Part shown: positions 25,624 to 38,645 of the stretch, one piece after another
Layout of the letters: every line of letters begins with the position of its first letter
Numbering within the stretch: the first letter of the stretch is position 1
The notes under the pieces: model-generated
What the model saw: the letters and a program-made list of their open reading frames with translations, nothing else
What the model was told of the DNA's origin: nothing
Databases searched by the model: none
Translations under genes and position numbers: made by a program
Source: Octopus vulgaris
Taxonomy: Eukaryota
Assembly (NCBI GenBank): GCA_951406725.2
Contig: OX597842.1
Location: 27,094,001-27,158,000 of the forward strand
Length of the DNA stretch: 64,000 bases
Reading direction: 5' to 3'

Positions 25624-25731
25624 ATATACATAGCTATTGTTACATATATATATGTATACATATATGTATGTTAGTGTATATACACACCTATTTATATATA
25701 TATATATATATATTATCCTAATTTTAAATTG

Positions 25732-25775
<44 letters not shown>

Positions 25776-25952
25776 TACACATATATATACACACTAAACA
25801 CACATCCTTCTTGTTAGATGTACAGATATTTACATATGTATATATATGGTGTATGTTTGCATATGTGTGTATATGCTCATGCATATATATATATATATAT
25901 GTATGTATATGTGCGTGTGTGTGTTTGTGCATGCATATATGTTATGTGGGTG

Positions 25953-25986
<34 letters not shown>

Positions 25987-26758
25987 AATATATATATGTC
26001 TGTATTTATTTGTGTCTATATATGTGTGTGTGTGTGTGTGTGTATATGTATATATGTACAGCTGCAAACACCTGTGTACATGTATGTATGTATGTATAAA
26101 TACATACGTATATGCATATATCTATTTGTTGATGAATCTATCTGTATTTATGCGTTTGTGTGTGTGTATACATGTGTGTGTGCGTGTCTTTGTGTACATG
26201 GAGTATTCTTATGTTTATACCTGAGAAGCAGTTTTGATGTAAACAAACAAATACTATTATTTGACGTGTGAAATTTTTTAACAGATTTTTAACCAGATGA
26301 AAGAACAGAATACAAAAGCATTTTAGTCTTCCTGAAAAATTCATCCTTGAACACACCTTGTACAGCTTTTTCTCTAATACTCAAAACTGAATCTTTGCTC
26401 ATGCATATCTTGGAATACATTCGATATGTGTTATAGCCATCATCATCATCGTTGTTGTTTAATGCCTGTTTTTCTTGCTGGCATGGGTTGGACGGACGGT
26501 ATGACAGGAGCTGGAGAGCCAGGGAGCTGCACCAGGTGCCAGTTATCTGTTTTGACAATGTTTCTATGGCTGGATGTCCGCCTTCCTAATGCCAAATACT
26601 CTACAGAGTGCACTGGGTGCTTTTTATATTTGGCACCGGCACAGGTGCTTTTTATGTGCCACCATCACAGATTCCTTTTTACATGGCACTGTCACAGGTG
26701 CTTTATACGTGGCACAATCAAAGGCGCTTTTTATATGGCATTAATATAGGTGTTTTTT

Positions 26759-26974
26759 TATTACCCACAAGGGGCTAAACATAGAGGGGACAAACAAGGA
26801 CAGACAAATGAATTAAGTCGATTACATCGACCCCCAGTGCGGAACTGGTACTTGATTTATCGACCCCGAAAGGATGAAAGGCAAAGTCAACCTCGGCGGA
26901 ATTTGAACTTAGAACGTAATGGCAGACGAAATACGGCTACGCATTTCGCCCGGTGTGCTAACGTTTCTGCCAGC
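26759..26974 (-). mobile_element. SINE family B with 25-bp TSD, inside a family C copy
   Basis: TATGGCATTAATATAGGTGTTTTTT at 26734-26758 and 26975-26999. Confidence 0.8.
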
Positions 26975-27103
26975 TATGGCATTAATATAGGTGTTTTTTA
27001 CGTGGCACCATCACAAGCGCTTTTTATGTGGCACTATCATGGCTTCCTTTTTACATGGCACCATCTCGGATGCTTCTTATGCAGTGCTCTTCTTTTAAAT
27101 ATA

Positions 27104-27141
<38 letters not shown>

Positions 27142-27144
<3 letters not shown>

Positions 27145-27453
27145 CACCGTGATCACCGTGACAGACCAGGCTATCAGATGTTGTTACACATTGCTGGGCA
27201 CAATGTGCTTCGCATTGTTTTAGCCTACAAATCACGCCACCCCACTGGCTAAGCGAGCAGGCCAACGGAAGAAAGAGAGAGAGAAAGTCGTGGCGAAAGA
27301 GTACAGCAGGGATCGCCACCACCCCCTGCCGGAACCTCGTGGAGCTTTAGATGTTTTCGCTCAATAAAAACTCACAACACCTGGTCTGGGAATCGAAACC
27401 GTGATCCTACAATCACGAGTCCGATGCCCTAACCACTGGGCCATTGCGCCTCC
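27142..27453 (-). mobile_element. tRNA-derived SINE family E
   Basis: Minus-strand head GGCGCAATGGCCCAGTGGTTAGGG...GGTTTCGATTCCC and ACGGTGAT tail. Head copy at 50655-50812; fragment near 63835. Confidence 0.75.
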
Positions 27454-27889
27454 ACACACACACACACATATATATATGACGGGCTTCTTTCAATTTCTGT
27501 CTACCAAACCCACTCACAAGGCTTTGATTGGCCTAAAAGTTATAGTAGAAGACATTTGCCCCAAGGTGCCCTGCAATGGTGCTGAACCTGGAACCATGCA
27601 GTTGGAAAGCAAGCTTCTTACCACACTGAGGCGATTCTGGGGCCCCCTCAAATGTTATCCCTTTTTCAATGGCCATTCTTCTGTTATAGGCTTTTGGTGA
27701 AGGGGGGCATTCTACACTGCTGCCCTTGTTTGAGTTTTTTCACAATGATATAGATTTTTCTGGGTATCTTGGACAGCTGGGCATCAAGTTTTTGTCTTGG
27801 GAAAAACATCAACCCCTGCTCCATGTACACTACCTTTGTTTCAATAGATTTTTAAAAATAATGAATGATTTAGTTTAAACAATAGGCAC

Positions 27890-28305
27890 CCATGCCAACC
27901 CCTTTGCTTGCGAAGACATGTTGGGGCAAGTGAAATCGAAATTGAACCAATCCTATGACTGGCACCCGGCAGATGCCAGGACCCCTGGACTGGTGGTACG
28001 TAAAAAGCACTATCCGACTCGTGGCCGATGCCAGCGCCGCCTCGACTGGCTTCTGTGCCGGTGGCACATAAAATACACCAATCCGACCGTGGCCGTTGCC
28101 AGCCTCGCCTGGCACCTGTGCGGGTGGCACGTAAAAAGCACCCACTACACTCACGGAGTGGTTGGCGTTAGGAAGGGCATCCAGCTGTAGAAACATTGCC
28201 AGATAAGACCGGAGCCTGGTGCAGCCTTCTGGCTTCCCAGATCCCCGGTCGAACCGTCCAACCCATGCTAGCATGGAGAACGGACGTTAAACGATGATGA
28301 TGATG
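27890..28305 (+). mobile_element. Family C copy
   Basis: Tandem units, core and (GAT)n tail. Confidence 0.8.
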
Positions 28306-28794
28306 AACTCTGTCAGTTTTAAGCTGGTGAATGAAACCTAAATTAATGAGGAATTTTGATGAAAGGTTTCAATCTAGATTGCTTTAAAATGGTAAATTCA
28401 TGTCCTGGGACCACAGGTGGTCTTGGACAGGTCTGTGTCAGGAGGGTTAATGCAGTATATTCTATAATGGTGTATTGTTCTTAATGCCAACCCTAACTTG
28501 TTGTAGGAGTCAGCTATTTTATTCTGTCTTTGCATGTCGAAACGCTGAGGAGAATTTTGTTTATGGAAGACATAAATATCGGTGTTGAAGTGGTGTGTAT
28601 GGTCATAGACACACACACACGCGTGCATGTCACATACACGCACACAGGCAGGCAGAGTCATACTCATGTAGGCAGACTCACACATACACAGAGTTTTTCT
28701 TATATGTATGCAAGGAAACACACACACACACACACACGAACACATGCACACACTTCCTCTCATACACACATGGACACACACAGTGCTGATGATA

Positions 28795-29660
28795 TGTAAG
28801 AGGCACACGTGCCAGTGACGTGTGAAAGGTGCCGGTGACATGTGAGAGGCACCTGTGTCGGTGACGTGTGAGAGGCACCTGTGTCGGTGACGTGTGAGAG
28901 GCACCTGTGTCAGTGACGTGTGAGAGGCACCTGTGTCGGTGGCACCTGTGTCGGTGACACATGAGATGCACCTGTGTCGGTGACGTGTGAGAGGCACCTG
29001 TGTCGGTGACGTGTGAGAGGCACCTGTGTCGGTGACGTGTGAGAGGCACCTGTGTCGGTGACGTGTGAGAGGCACCTGTGTCTGTGACACATGAGAGGCA
29101 CCTGTGTCGGTGACGTGTGAGAGGCACCTGTGTCGGTGACACATGAGAGGCACCTGTGTCGGTGACGTGTGAGAGGCACCTGTGTCTGTGACACACAAGA
29201 GGCACCTGTGTCGGTGACGTGTGAGAGGCACCTGTGTTGGTGACATGTTAGAGGCATCCGTGCTGGTGACACATAAAAGGCACCTGTACTTATGACAGGT
29301 AAAGAGCACCTGTACCGGTGACACTTAAAGGGCACCTGTGCCCGTGATTCAAAAAAGGAACCTGTGCCGGTAACTCAAAAAAGGCACCCATGCTGAGGAT
29401 ACATAAAGGACGCCTGTGTTGGTGACATGTTAAAGGTACCCGTGTCAGTGACACATAAGCGGCACCTGTGCAGGTGATACATAGAGGGTGCTAGTGTTAT
29501 GTAAAAGGCACTTGTGCTCGTGACACGTAAGAGGCACTCGTGCCAGTGACAAGTAATGGACACCTGTGCTGGGGATCCGTAAAGGGCACCCGTATCAGTG
29601 CTACATAAAAGGCACCTGTGCCAGTGACACGTAGAAGGCAGCCGTGCTGGTGACCCGTAC
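28795..29660. repeat. 26-bp minisatellite (GAGGCACCTGTGTCGGTGACGTGTGA) within a family C element
   Basis: 26-bp period (28872, 28898, ...). Homogeneous to about 29240, divergent beyond, and runs into the family C core at about 29670. Confidence 0.9.
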
Positions 29661-29816
29661 AAGGCACTCCACTACACTCTTGGAGAGGTTAGTGTTGGGA
29701 AGAGCATTCAGTCAAAGGAACCCAGCCAAATCAGATTGGAACCTGGTGCAGCTCTATGGCTTACTAGTCCTAATCAAACCGTCTAAACCATGCCAGTATG
29801 GAAAAGGGATGCTAAA

Positions 29817-30038
29817 TGATGATGAAGAGGATGATGATGATGAAGGGGATGATGATGATGATGAAGAGGATGATGATGATGATGAAGAGGATGATGATGA
29901 GGATGATGATGAAGAGGATGAGGATGATGATGATGATGAAGAGGATGATGATGAAGAGGATGATGATGATGATGAAGAGGATGAGGATGATGATGAAGAG
30001 GATGATGATGATGATGATGAAGGGGATGATGATGATGA
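29817..30038. repeat. Expanded (GAT/GAA/GAG)n tail
   Basis: Directly follows the family C end GCTAAATGATGAT. Confidence 0.9.
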
Positions 30039-30509
30039 AATAGAATTTTTTTTTAATGGAAATTGCCCAACAAAAATAGTTTTACTTTTGATGTACCTTG
30101 ATATACCAAGATTGCTGTTTTGGTCCTTCCTTGGTAAAAAATACCTGACCTTTTAACCTTAGGTAGGAACCAATTGTGACATTTATTGTCAGTGTTGTTG
30201 TTGTTGTTGTTGTTGTTGGCATGGGCTCACCTTGGAATGATGAGTCATGCGAAAACAAAGGCTGTCCTTTAGTGCACCCCAGAAAGACAATGCCAAAATG
30301 AAATGCCCAATACTGGTGACCTTTGGGATGGGTAGAGCCAGTGACCTTTCCTCACCTGGGTGTGTGAAACTTCCTCCCCTTCCATCCTTTGATTCCTCAT
30401 GTCCAAAATGCTAAAAAAAAACTGTTTTATTGAGAAACAAAGCCCTCCACAATGGGCTTGACCTCCTTGCTGAGTCCTACCTGTAGCTATTGTGTTTTTT
30501 GATGTCCTT

Positions 30510-31157
30510 TGTGGTAGTCATGGCCAGGGTGGTGTTAGTATCTCTGCTGCTGGTGGTGGTGGTGGTGGTGATGATGATGATGATGATGATAAGGGTGGAG
30601 GTGATGATTGTGGTGGTGATGGTGATCATGATAATAATGGTGGTGGTGGTGGTGGTAGTGTTGATGGTAGAGATGGTGCTTGTGTTGATGATGATGATGG
30701 TGGTGATGATGTTGATGATAAGGGTGGGGGTGATCATTGTGGTGGTGATGGTGATGCTGGTCATGATAATAATGGTGGTGGTGGTGGTAGTGGTGGTGCT
30801 TGTGTTGTTAATGGTGGTGATGATTGTGATGATGATGGTGGTAGTGGTTGTGATGGTGATGATGATGATGGTGGTGATGGTGGTTGTGTTGGGGATGATG
30901 ATGATGGTGGTGACGGTGGTTGTGATGGTGATGATGATGATAGTGGTGGTAGTGGTTGTGATGATGATGATGATGATGATGATAGTGGTGATGGTGGTTG
31001 TGATGATGATGATAGTGGTGATGGTGGTTGTGATGGTGATGATGATGGTGGTGGTGGTTGTGTTGATAGTGGTAGAGATGGTGCTTGTGTTGATGATTGT
31101 GATGGTGGTGGTGGCAGTGATGATGACAGTGATGATTGGGGTGGTGGTGGTGGGTGG
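30510..31157. repeat. Degenerate (GGT/GAT)n trinucleotide repeat
   Basis: Direct reading. Confidence 0.9.
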
Positions 31158-31389
31158 CTGTATGTCAGAAGGCTAACTATAAACATCGTTGCTGTTCCTT
31201 GTCATTGGTTGTCAGTTTGTACCCTCCTGGGTCAGTGATATTCTATTGTATTGGAATGAACCCACTCCTCCACATCTCTCTCCCCCTCCCCATGTCCTCT
31301 TCATTCCAACCCTTGTTTAATTTTCATTGTTTCTGTCCCCATCCTGACTTAAACCAACTAACCCCTAAATCATTCTCTTTGCAATGTAG

Positions 31390-32240
31390 ATGTTGTTGTT
31401 GTTTAGCCCCAGGTCAGTCCTGACCCAGACAGACCTATGATCAAAAATGTTCCAGCTGTGACCATCCCATCTTTTGTTCAGGCATAGTGTATCTAGGACT
31501 ACATTATCTAATGTATAGTAGTTAGTATTAGTGGCTATAGTTATTGTTGTTTAGCCCAAGGTCAGTCCTGATCAAGACAGACCTATGATCAAAGATGTTC
31601 CAGCTGTGACCATCCCATCTTTTATTCAGATCTAGTGTATCTAGGACTACATTATCTAATGTATAGTAGTTAGTATTAGTGGCTATAGTTATTGTTGTTT
31701 AGCCCAAGGTCAGTCCTGATCAAGACAGACCTATGATCAAAGATGTTCCAGCTGTGACCATCCCATCTTTTATTCAGGCATAGTGTATCTAGGACTACAT
31801 CATCTAATGTATAGTAGAGTAGTTAGTATCAGTGGCTATACTTGCTGTTTAGCCCCAGGTCAGGATGACAGACCTATGATCAAAGCTCTTCCATTTGTGA
31901 CCATCCCATCTTTTATTCAGGCATAGTGTATCTAGGATTACATTATCTAATGTATTATATAGAAATTAGTATTAGTGTTTGTAGTTGTTGTTTAGCCCCA
32001 GATCAGACCTGATCCAGACCGATCTATGATCAAAGATGTTCCAGCTATGATAATCCTGTCTTTCTATTCAGGCATAGTGTATCTAGGACTACATTATCTA
32101 ATGTATAGTAGAGTAGTGAGTATTAATGGCTATAGTTGTTATTACTGCTGCTGTTGTTTAGCCCTAGGTGAATCCTGATCCAGACAGACCTATGATCAGA
32201 TATTCCAGATGTGGCCATCCCATCCTTTATTTAGACATGC
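31390..32240. repeat. About 148-bp satellite, array 2 (5-6 units)
   Basis: Period 148 (31561 vs 31709); same unit as array 1. Confidence 0.9.
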
Positions 32241-32353
32241 TGTAACAAGAAATAAAGTATGCATATATACATTTAGCCACATATATACATTTAGGGTATA
32301 TATGGCATATAGAACACACGCACACATGCATGCACACATACATACATACATAC

Positions 32354-32400
<47 letters not shown>

Positions 32401-32444
32401 ATAATAATTAAAAAGTAAAGATTAAGGAAATTACAAGAATAATG

Positions 32445-32480
<36 letters not shown>

Positions 32481-32862
32481 TTCTTTTACATACATTACAT
32501 TATTCTTGTAATTTACTTAATCTTTATTTTTTAATTGTTATTTTAATTTTAACTCTTCTATTATATGTAATTTTCTAGATGGTGTAATTAATTATTCATT
32601 TTGAATTGATAAAAGGTGGTTCTTTTCTAATATTTTATATATATATTATATTGTGTGGAATTTGATTTAGTATTTCTAAATTGAATTCTTTTTCCTTGTA
32701 AGTTTGGATTTTATTCCCTCAAATAATAATTATATATATACGGATATGTACTCGCATAGCAAGTGATTTGATCTGAGATCGTGTGCTGAAACGAAAACAA
32801 CTGCAGCATGGAAGGTGTTTGTAAGCCATTTAATTATATATATATGTATATATATATATATA

Positions 32863-32901
<39 letters not shown>

Positions 32902-33907
32902 CTTTTATCCTTCGAAACGTAGAGTGAGATGAAACCATAGCAACTGAAGAAGGGTTTTTTACTTTGTGTTAATTGTCCTGTACTCTATTTTTCTGTTGTT
33001 TTTAAAAAAATGTCCAGTTCCTTTGGTTTGTGTCTATGTTTCCGTTTCTCATTGTGTTCGACATTCTTTTGGTGTCCTGTACTCATATATGCATGTATAT
33101 GTACATGTAGAGGTAGGTACGTACATATATGTATATATATATATGCATATGTTTTATTTTATTTATTAATATATATATATATATATATATATTACCTAAC
33201 AACAATGATGGGGACGTAAACACACCAGCATCGGTTGTCAAGCATATATATGTATATATATATATTACCTAACAATAATAATAACACACACAAACATACA
33301 TATATATGATGGGCTTCTTTCAGTTTCCATCTACCAAATCCACTCACAAGGCTTTGGTCGGCCCAAAGCTATAGCAGAGGACACTTACCCAAGGTGCTAC
33401 GCAGTGGGACTGAACCTGGAACCATGTGGTTCGTAAGCAAGCTACTTACCACACAGCTACTCCTAGGCCTGAATATCTTTAATTATTTTTATAATTTGCA
33501 TATTTTATTTTATTATAAATGCAAAACAACCCCATGGTGGAATCGATGTAAGCTTAAATAATAAACTGCGATAGATGAACCGTGATATCATGAGGGATTG
33601 CTGTATATCCTTACCTTTTACCTTTTACCGTCATTAGACTGAGGCCATGCTGGGGCACCGCCTTGTTTCTTTTCCTTGTGTGTTTTCTTTGCTTGTTTCC
33701 TTTTCTCATGCAATGCACTCCTCACCCGCCCACCCTGCTATCTCGCACCTTCCACCCCCAACTTATCCTCCAAACAAACAACATCCCCTCCCCCCCCCCC
33801 CGCCAGTACACAATGATTATCAGTAAACGTTATCATGGATTTATTGATCTCTCCTTCATCATCTCAAAAATGTTATTGTCATTGTTTTGGTGAATTCTGG
33901 CGTCCTC

Positions 33908-34040
33908 CACCACACCACACCCCACCACACCACACCACACCACACCCCACCACACCACACCACACCACACCACACCACACCACACCACACCACACCCCAC
34001 CCCACCACAACACACCCCACCACACCACAAACACCACAAA
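33908..34040. repeat. (CACAC)n pentanucleotide repeat
   Basis: Direct reading. Confidence 0.9.
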
Positions 34041-34210
34041 ACAATAAAAAAACACAACTGCCGCCACCACCACGCCCATGCTGTTAAGTATTTTGCCCAA
34101 TGTGAGAACAATTTTGCCAGCTTGCCACCTCAGTAGTAGTAGTAATAATGGTGATAATAATAATCCTTTCTTCTATGGGCACAAGGCCTGCAATTTGTGG
34201 GAATGAGAAT

Positions 34211-34374
34211 AGGCGCAGGAGTGGCTGTGTGGTAAGTAGCTTGCTAACCAACCACATGGTTCCGGGTTCAGTCCCACTGCGTGACACCTTCGGCAACTGT
34301 CTTCTATGATAGCCTCGGGCCGACCAATGCCTTGTGAGTGGATTTGGTAGACGGAAACTGAAAGAAGCTCGTTG

Positions 34375-34418
<44 letters not shown>

Positions 34419-35145
34419 CGTAGGAGTGGCTGTGTGGTAAGTAGCTTGCTAACCAACCACATGGTTCCGGGTTCATTCCCACTGCGTGGCGCCTTGGACA
34501 AGTGTCTTCTACTATAGCCTCGGGCTGACCAAAGCCTTGTGAGTGGATTTGGTAGACGGAAATTGAAAGAAGCCCGTCGTATATATATGTATATATATAT
34601 ATATATATGTGTCTGTGTGTGTTTGTGTTTGTCCCCCTAGCATTGCTTCACAACCGATGCTGGTGTGTTTACATCCCCATTACTTAGTGATTCGGCAAAA
34701 GAGACCGATAGCATAAGTACTGGGCTTACAAAGAATAAGTCCTGGGGTCGATTTGCTCGATGAAAGGCGGTGCTCCAGCATGGCCGCAGTCAAATGACTG
34801 AAACAAGTAAAAGAGTAACCCCAGAAACATAAAATGGTTATGTAATATTGTATAATTTGTTTACATAATAAATATAAGATAAGCTTAATAAATATAAGAT
34901 AAAACTTGTCAACTTTTATTATATTCATTATACATATATTGTTTCCAGTATAAATTAATATTACTATTAATATAGGCGCAGGAGTGGCTGTGTGGTAAGT
35001 AGCTTGCTTACCAACCACATTGTTCCGGGTTCATTCCCACTGCGTGGCGCCTTGGACAAGTGTCTTCTACTACAGCCTTGGGCTGACCAAAGCCTTGTGA
35101 GTGGATTTGGTAGACGGAAACTGAAAGAAGCCCGTCATATATATG

Positions 35146-35176
<31 letters not shown>

Positions 35177-35390
35177 GTGTTTATATGTTTGTGTGTCTGT
35201 GTTTGTCCCCCAACATACCTTGACAACTGATGGTGGTGTGTTTATGTCCCCGTAACTTAGCGGTTCGGCATAAGAGACCAATAGAATAAGTACTAGGCTT
35301 ACACAGAATAAACCCTGGGGATGATATGTTCGATTAAAGGCGGTGCTCCAGCATGGCCGCAGTCAAATGACTGAAACAAGTAAAAGAGAG
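34211..35390 (+). mobile_element. Cluster of three SINE A copies (34211 partial; 34416 and 34974 full length)
   Basis: Repeated family A head, body and tail. Confidence 0.85.
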
Positions 35391-35519
35391 TATTACTAAG
35401 AAATAATACCAGTCCCTGGCTTATTGGGGGGCGGGGACTGCTGGTACACCACATCAGATAGTTTAAGAAGCACTGATGTAGATGACACCTGTGTCAGCAG
35501 CACATTGAAATTACCATTA

Positions 35520-36430
35520 CACTCTTGGAGTGGTTGTGGCAAGGAAGGGCATCCAGCCATAGAAACCATGCCTGGTGCAGACCTCTGGTTTACGAGTCCT
35601 AGTGAGGCTGTCTAACCCATGCCAGCATGGAGAGCGGATGTTAAGTGAGGATGATGATCATGATGATGATATACTTGACAGAATAATCTAAATGCTAAAG
35701 GGTTTTATTGGGGGCTTTGCCCTTTTCTTTCCTTGTCTGGCCAGTTAGATGGCAATCCCACTAGTGCTGGTGGCATGAAAATAAAAAGCTTCCTGGCATT
35801 TAGGAAGTACCCTCTGGCATTTAGGAAGGGCATCCAGCCATAGAAACCATGCCTGGTGCAGACCTCTGGTTTACGAGTCCTAGTGAGGCTGTCTAACCCA
35901 TGCCAGCATGTTTAGTGAGGGTGATGATGATGATGATATACTGGACAGAATAATCTAAATGTTAAAGGGTTTTATTTGGGCTTTGTCCTTTTCTTTCCTT
36001 GTCTGGCCAGTTAGATGGCAATCCCACTAGTGCTGGTGGCATGAAAATAAAAAGCTTCCTGGCATTTAGGAAGTACCCTCTGGCATTTAGGAAGGGCATC
36101 CAGCCATAGAAACCATGCCTGGTGCAGACCTCTGGTTTATGAGTCCCAGTGAGGCTGACTAACCCATGCCAGCATGTTTAGTGAGGGTGATGATGATGAT
36201 ATACTGGACAGAATAATCTAAATGTTAAAGGGTTTTATTTGGGCTTTGTCCTTTTCTTTCCTTGTCTGGCCAGTTAGATGGCAATCCCACTAGTGCTGGT
36301 GGCATGAAAATAAAAAGCTTTCCATACACTCTGGCATTTAGGAAGGGCATCCAGCTATAGAAACCACGCCAGGGCAGATACTGGAGCTTGTTGGAGCCTG
36401 TCAAACTGTGCGACCCATCCCAGCATGGAA
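35520..36430. repeat. About 280-bp composite unit (family C end plus piggyBac MITE end) repeated 3-4 times
   Basis: GGAAGGGCATCCAGCCATAGAAACC...GACAGAATAATCTAAATG.TAAAGGGTT...GGCATGAAAATAAAAAGC recurs. Confidence 0.8.
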
Positions 36431-36599
36431 AAACACGCATTCACTGCTAGTGGTGGTGGTGGTGGTGGTGGTAGTGTTGTTGTTGTTGTTGTTTAAAAGA
36501 TTCTTTAACACAATGCAGTCCGCATGCCTGTCAGATCTTGTCGAATCGTTTGAACCATGTTAACATGTAAGATAGATAACACATTAAAAGATGATGACA

Positions 36600-37272
36600 T
36601 GCACACACACACACACATATATATACACACACACACACATATATATACACACACACACACATATATATACACACACACACACACACATATATACACACAC
36701 ACACACACACATATATATACACACACACACATATATACACACACACACACATATATATACACACACACACACATATATACACACACACACACACACACAT
36801 ATATATACACACACACACACACATATATATACGCATATATAGATAGATCCATATATGTAAACATTATTCATAGTAATCATATCTATAGATTAAAACAATA
36901 AATATAGATTTATATATAACAGCTGCAAGTGTCCTTGCTGGGTTTAAATGTGTTTTGCAGGAGCCCAAGCTAATCACACACACACGCATGCACAAACATA
37001 TGCACGCGCGCATGCACTCCTGCTCAGATGTGCTTACAGTCACATACATGTGCGGGCATGCACACACACCTGCTCACGGATGTGCTTACTCTCACACACA
37101 CATTGTATCTCACACATGCGACACAACTGTGCATGCATGCACCCCTGCTCGTGGATGTGCTTGCACACATGCACACACACACACACTCCCACATGTGACA
37201 CTCACACACACTCCTGCTCACGTGCTTACACAATCACACACACACACACATGCACTCAGATACAACCTCATG

Positions 37273-37305
<33 letters not shown>

Positions 37306-37359
37306 TCACACATGCAACACAAGTGTGCATGCATGCACCTCTGCTCATGGATGTGCTTG

Positions 37360-37391
<32 letters not shown>

Positions 37392-37640
37392 CACATGAGA
37401 GACACACACATACACACAATCCCACATGAGACACACACACATACACACAATCCCACATGACACACACACACACACACAAAATCCCACATGAGGGCACACA
37501 ATCCCACATGAGACACACAATCCCACGAGACACGCAATCCCACATGAGACCCACAATCCCACGAGACACACGCACACACACACACTCCTGCTCACACGTG
37601 CTTACACAATCACACACACACACACACACACATGCTCACT
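36600..37640. repeat. (CA)n/(TA)n microsatellite followed by a CA-rich minisatellite (CACAATCCCACATGAGA units)
   Basis: Direct reading. Confidence 0.85.
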
Positions 37641-38224
37641 CACATACGTTCATACACAAACACTCACGCATTGATACTTGCTCATACCCGCATACAACTA
37701 GACACAGCCTCTTATTTAAGCACCCAGGCACGTGCAATACACACACCCCATACTCACTCATATCTGTCCCCCACCCCATACAATCGGACACAATCGCTCA
37801 TTTCAACATCTAGACACACCCTCATAAACACACACACAAACACACACGGGCACCCAGGCACAGCCCACAAAGGCCTCTCTGTCTCTCTCTCTTTCTCTCT
37901 GGCACAGTAACACACATTTTAAATTCTGTTGTTATCAACAACTGTTGTCTTGGTTACAAAATAATTTCTGAATCAACCAGTCGACAACAAAAGAATGTGT
38001 CACAGTAAACACAGACCTACGAGGAAAGACAATCGATCTGTGACCACCACATTTTGCTTGTGGTCTATCAAAGGACTAGCTTTCATCCACCAGGCTTATG
38101 ATCAAAGCTGACAAACAGGTGACCATCCTGTCTTGTATATTGGATTGGGCTGCTGCAATCCAGCAGAAATGTGGACAAAACCAATCTAACCATGACTGTC
38201 CTGTCCTACATGGTATCAGGCCAG

Positions 38225-38645
38225 TCCTAATCAGTATCAGTGGCTATACTTGCTGTTTAGCCCCAGGTTAGTCCTGATCCAGACAGGCTTCTGATCAAAG
38301 CTCTTCCATTTGTGGCCATCCAATCTTTTATTCAGACCAAGTGTATCTAGAACTACATTATCTAATGTATAGTATAGCAGTCACTACCAGTGACTATACT
38401 TGCTGTTTAGCCCCAGGTCAGGATGACAGACCTATGATCAAAGCTCTTCCATTTGTGACCATCCAATCTTTTATTCAGACCAAGTGTATCTAGAACTACA
38501 TTATTTAATGTATAGTATAGCAGTCACTACCAGTGACTATACTTGCTGTTTAGCCCCAGGTCAGGATGACAGACCTATGATCAAAGCTCTTCCATTTGTT
38601 ACCATCCAATCTTTTATTCAGACGGAGTGTATCTAGGATTACATT
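38225..38645. repeat. Satellite array 3 (about 143-bp variant)
   Basis: Same unit family as arrays 1 and 2. Confidence 0.8.

Noticed and set aside
28398-29335. 308-aa repetitive ORF
   Set aside because: Translation of the 26-bp minisatellite.
29644-30156. 170-aa ORF with a poly-Asp/Glu tract
   Set aside because: It is the family C core plus an expanded (GAT)n tail.
30357-30411. Possible minus-strand micro-exon with good splice sites
   Set aside because: No partner exons or recognisable peptide.
30477-31238. Long Val/Met-, Gly/Asp- and Pro/Ser-rich ORFs
   Set aside because: Stop-free trinucleotide repeat, open in several frames on both strands.
32399-32545. AT-rich inverted repeat around (TA)n
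   Set aside because: Real, but probably another inverted Penelope-like remnant with no extra functional signal.
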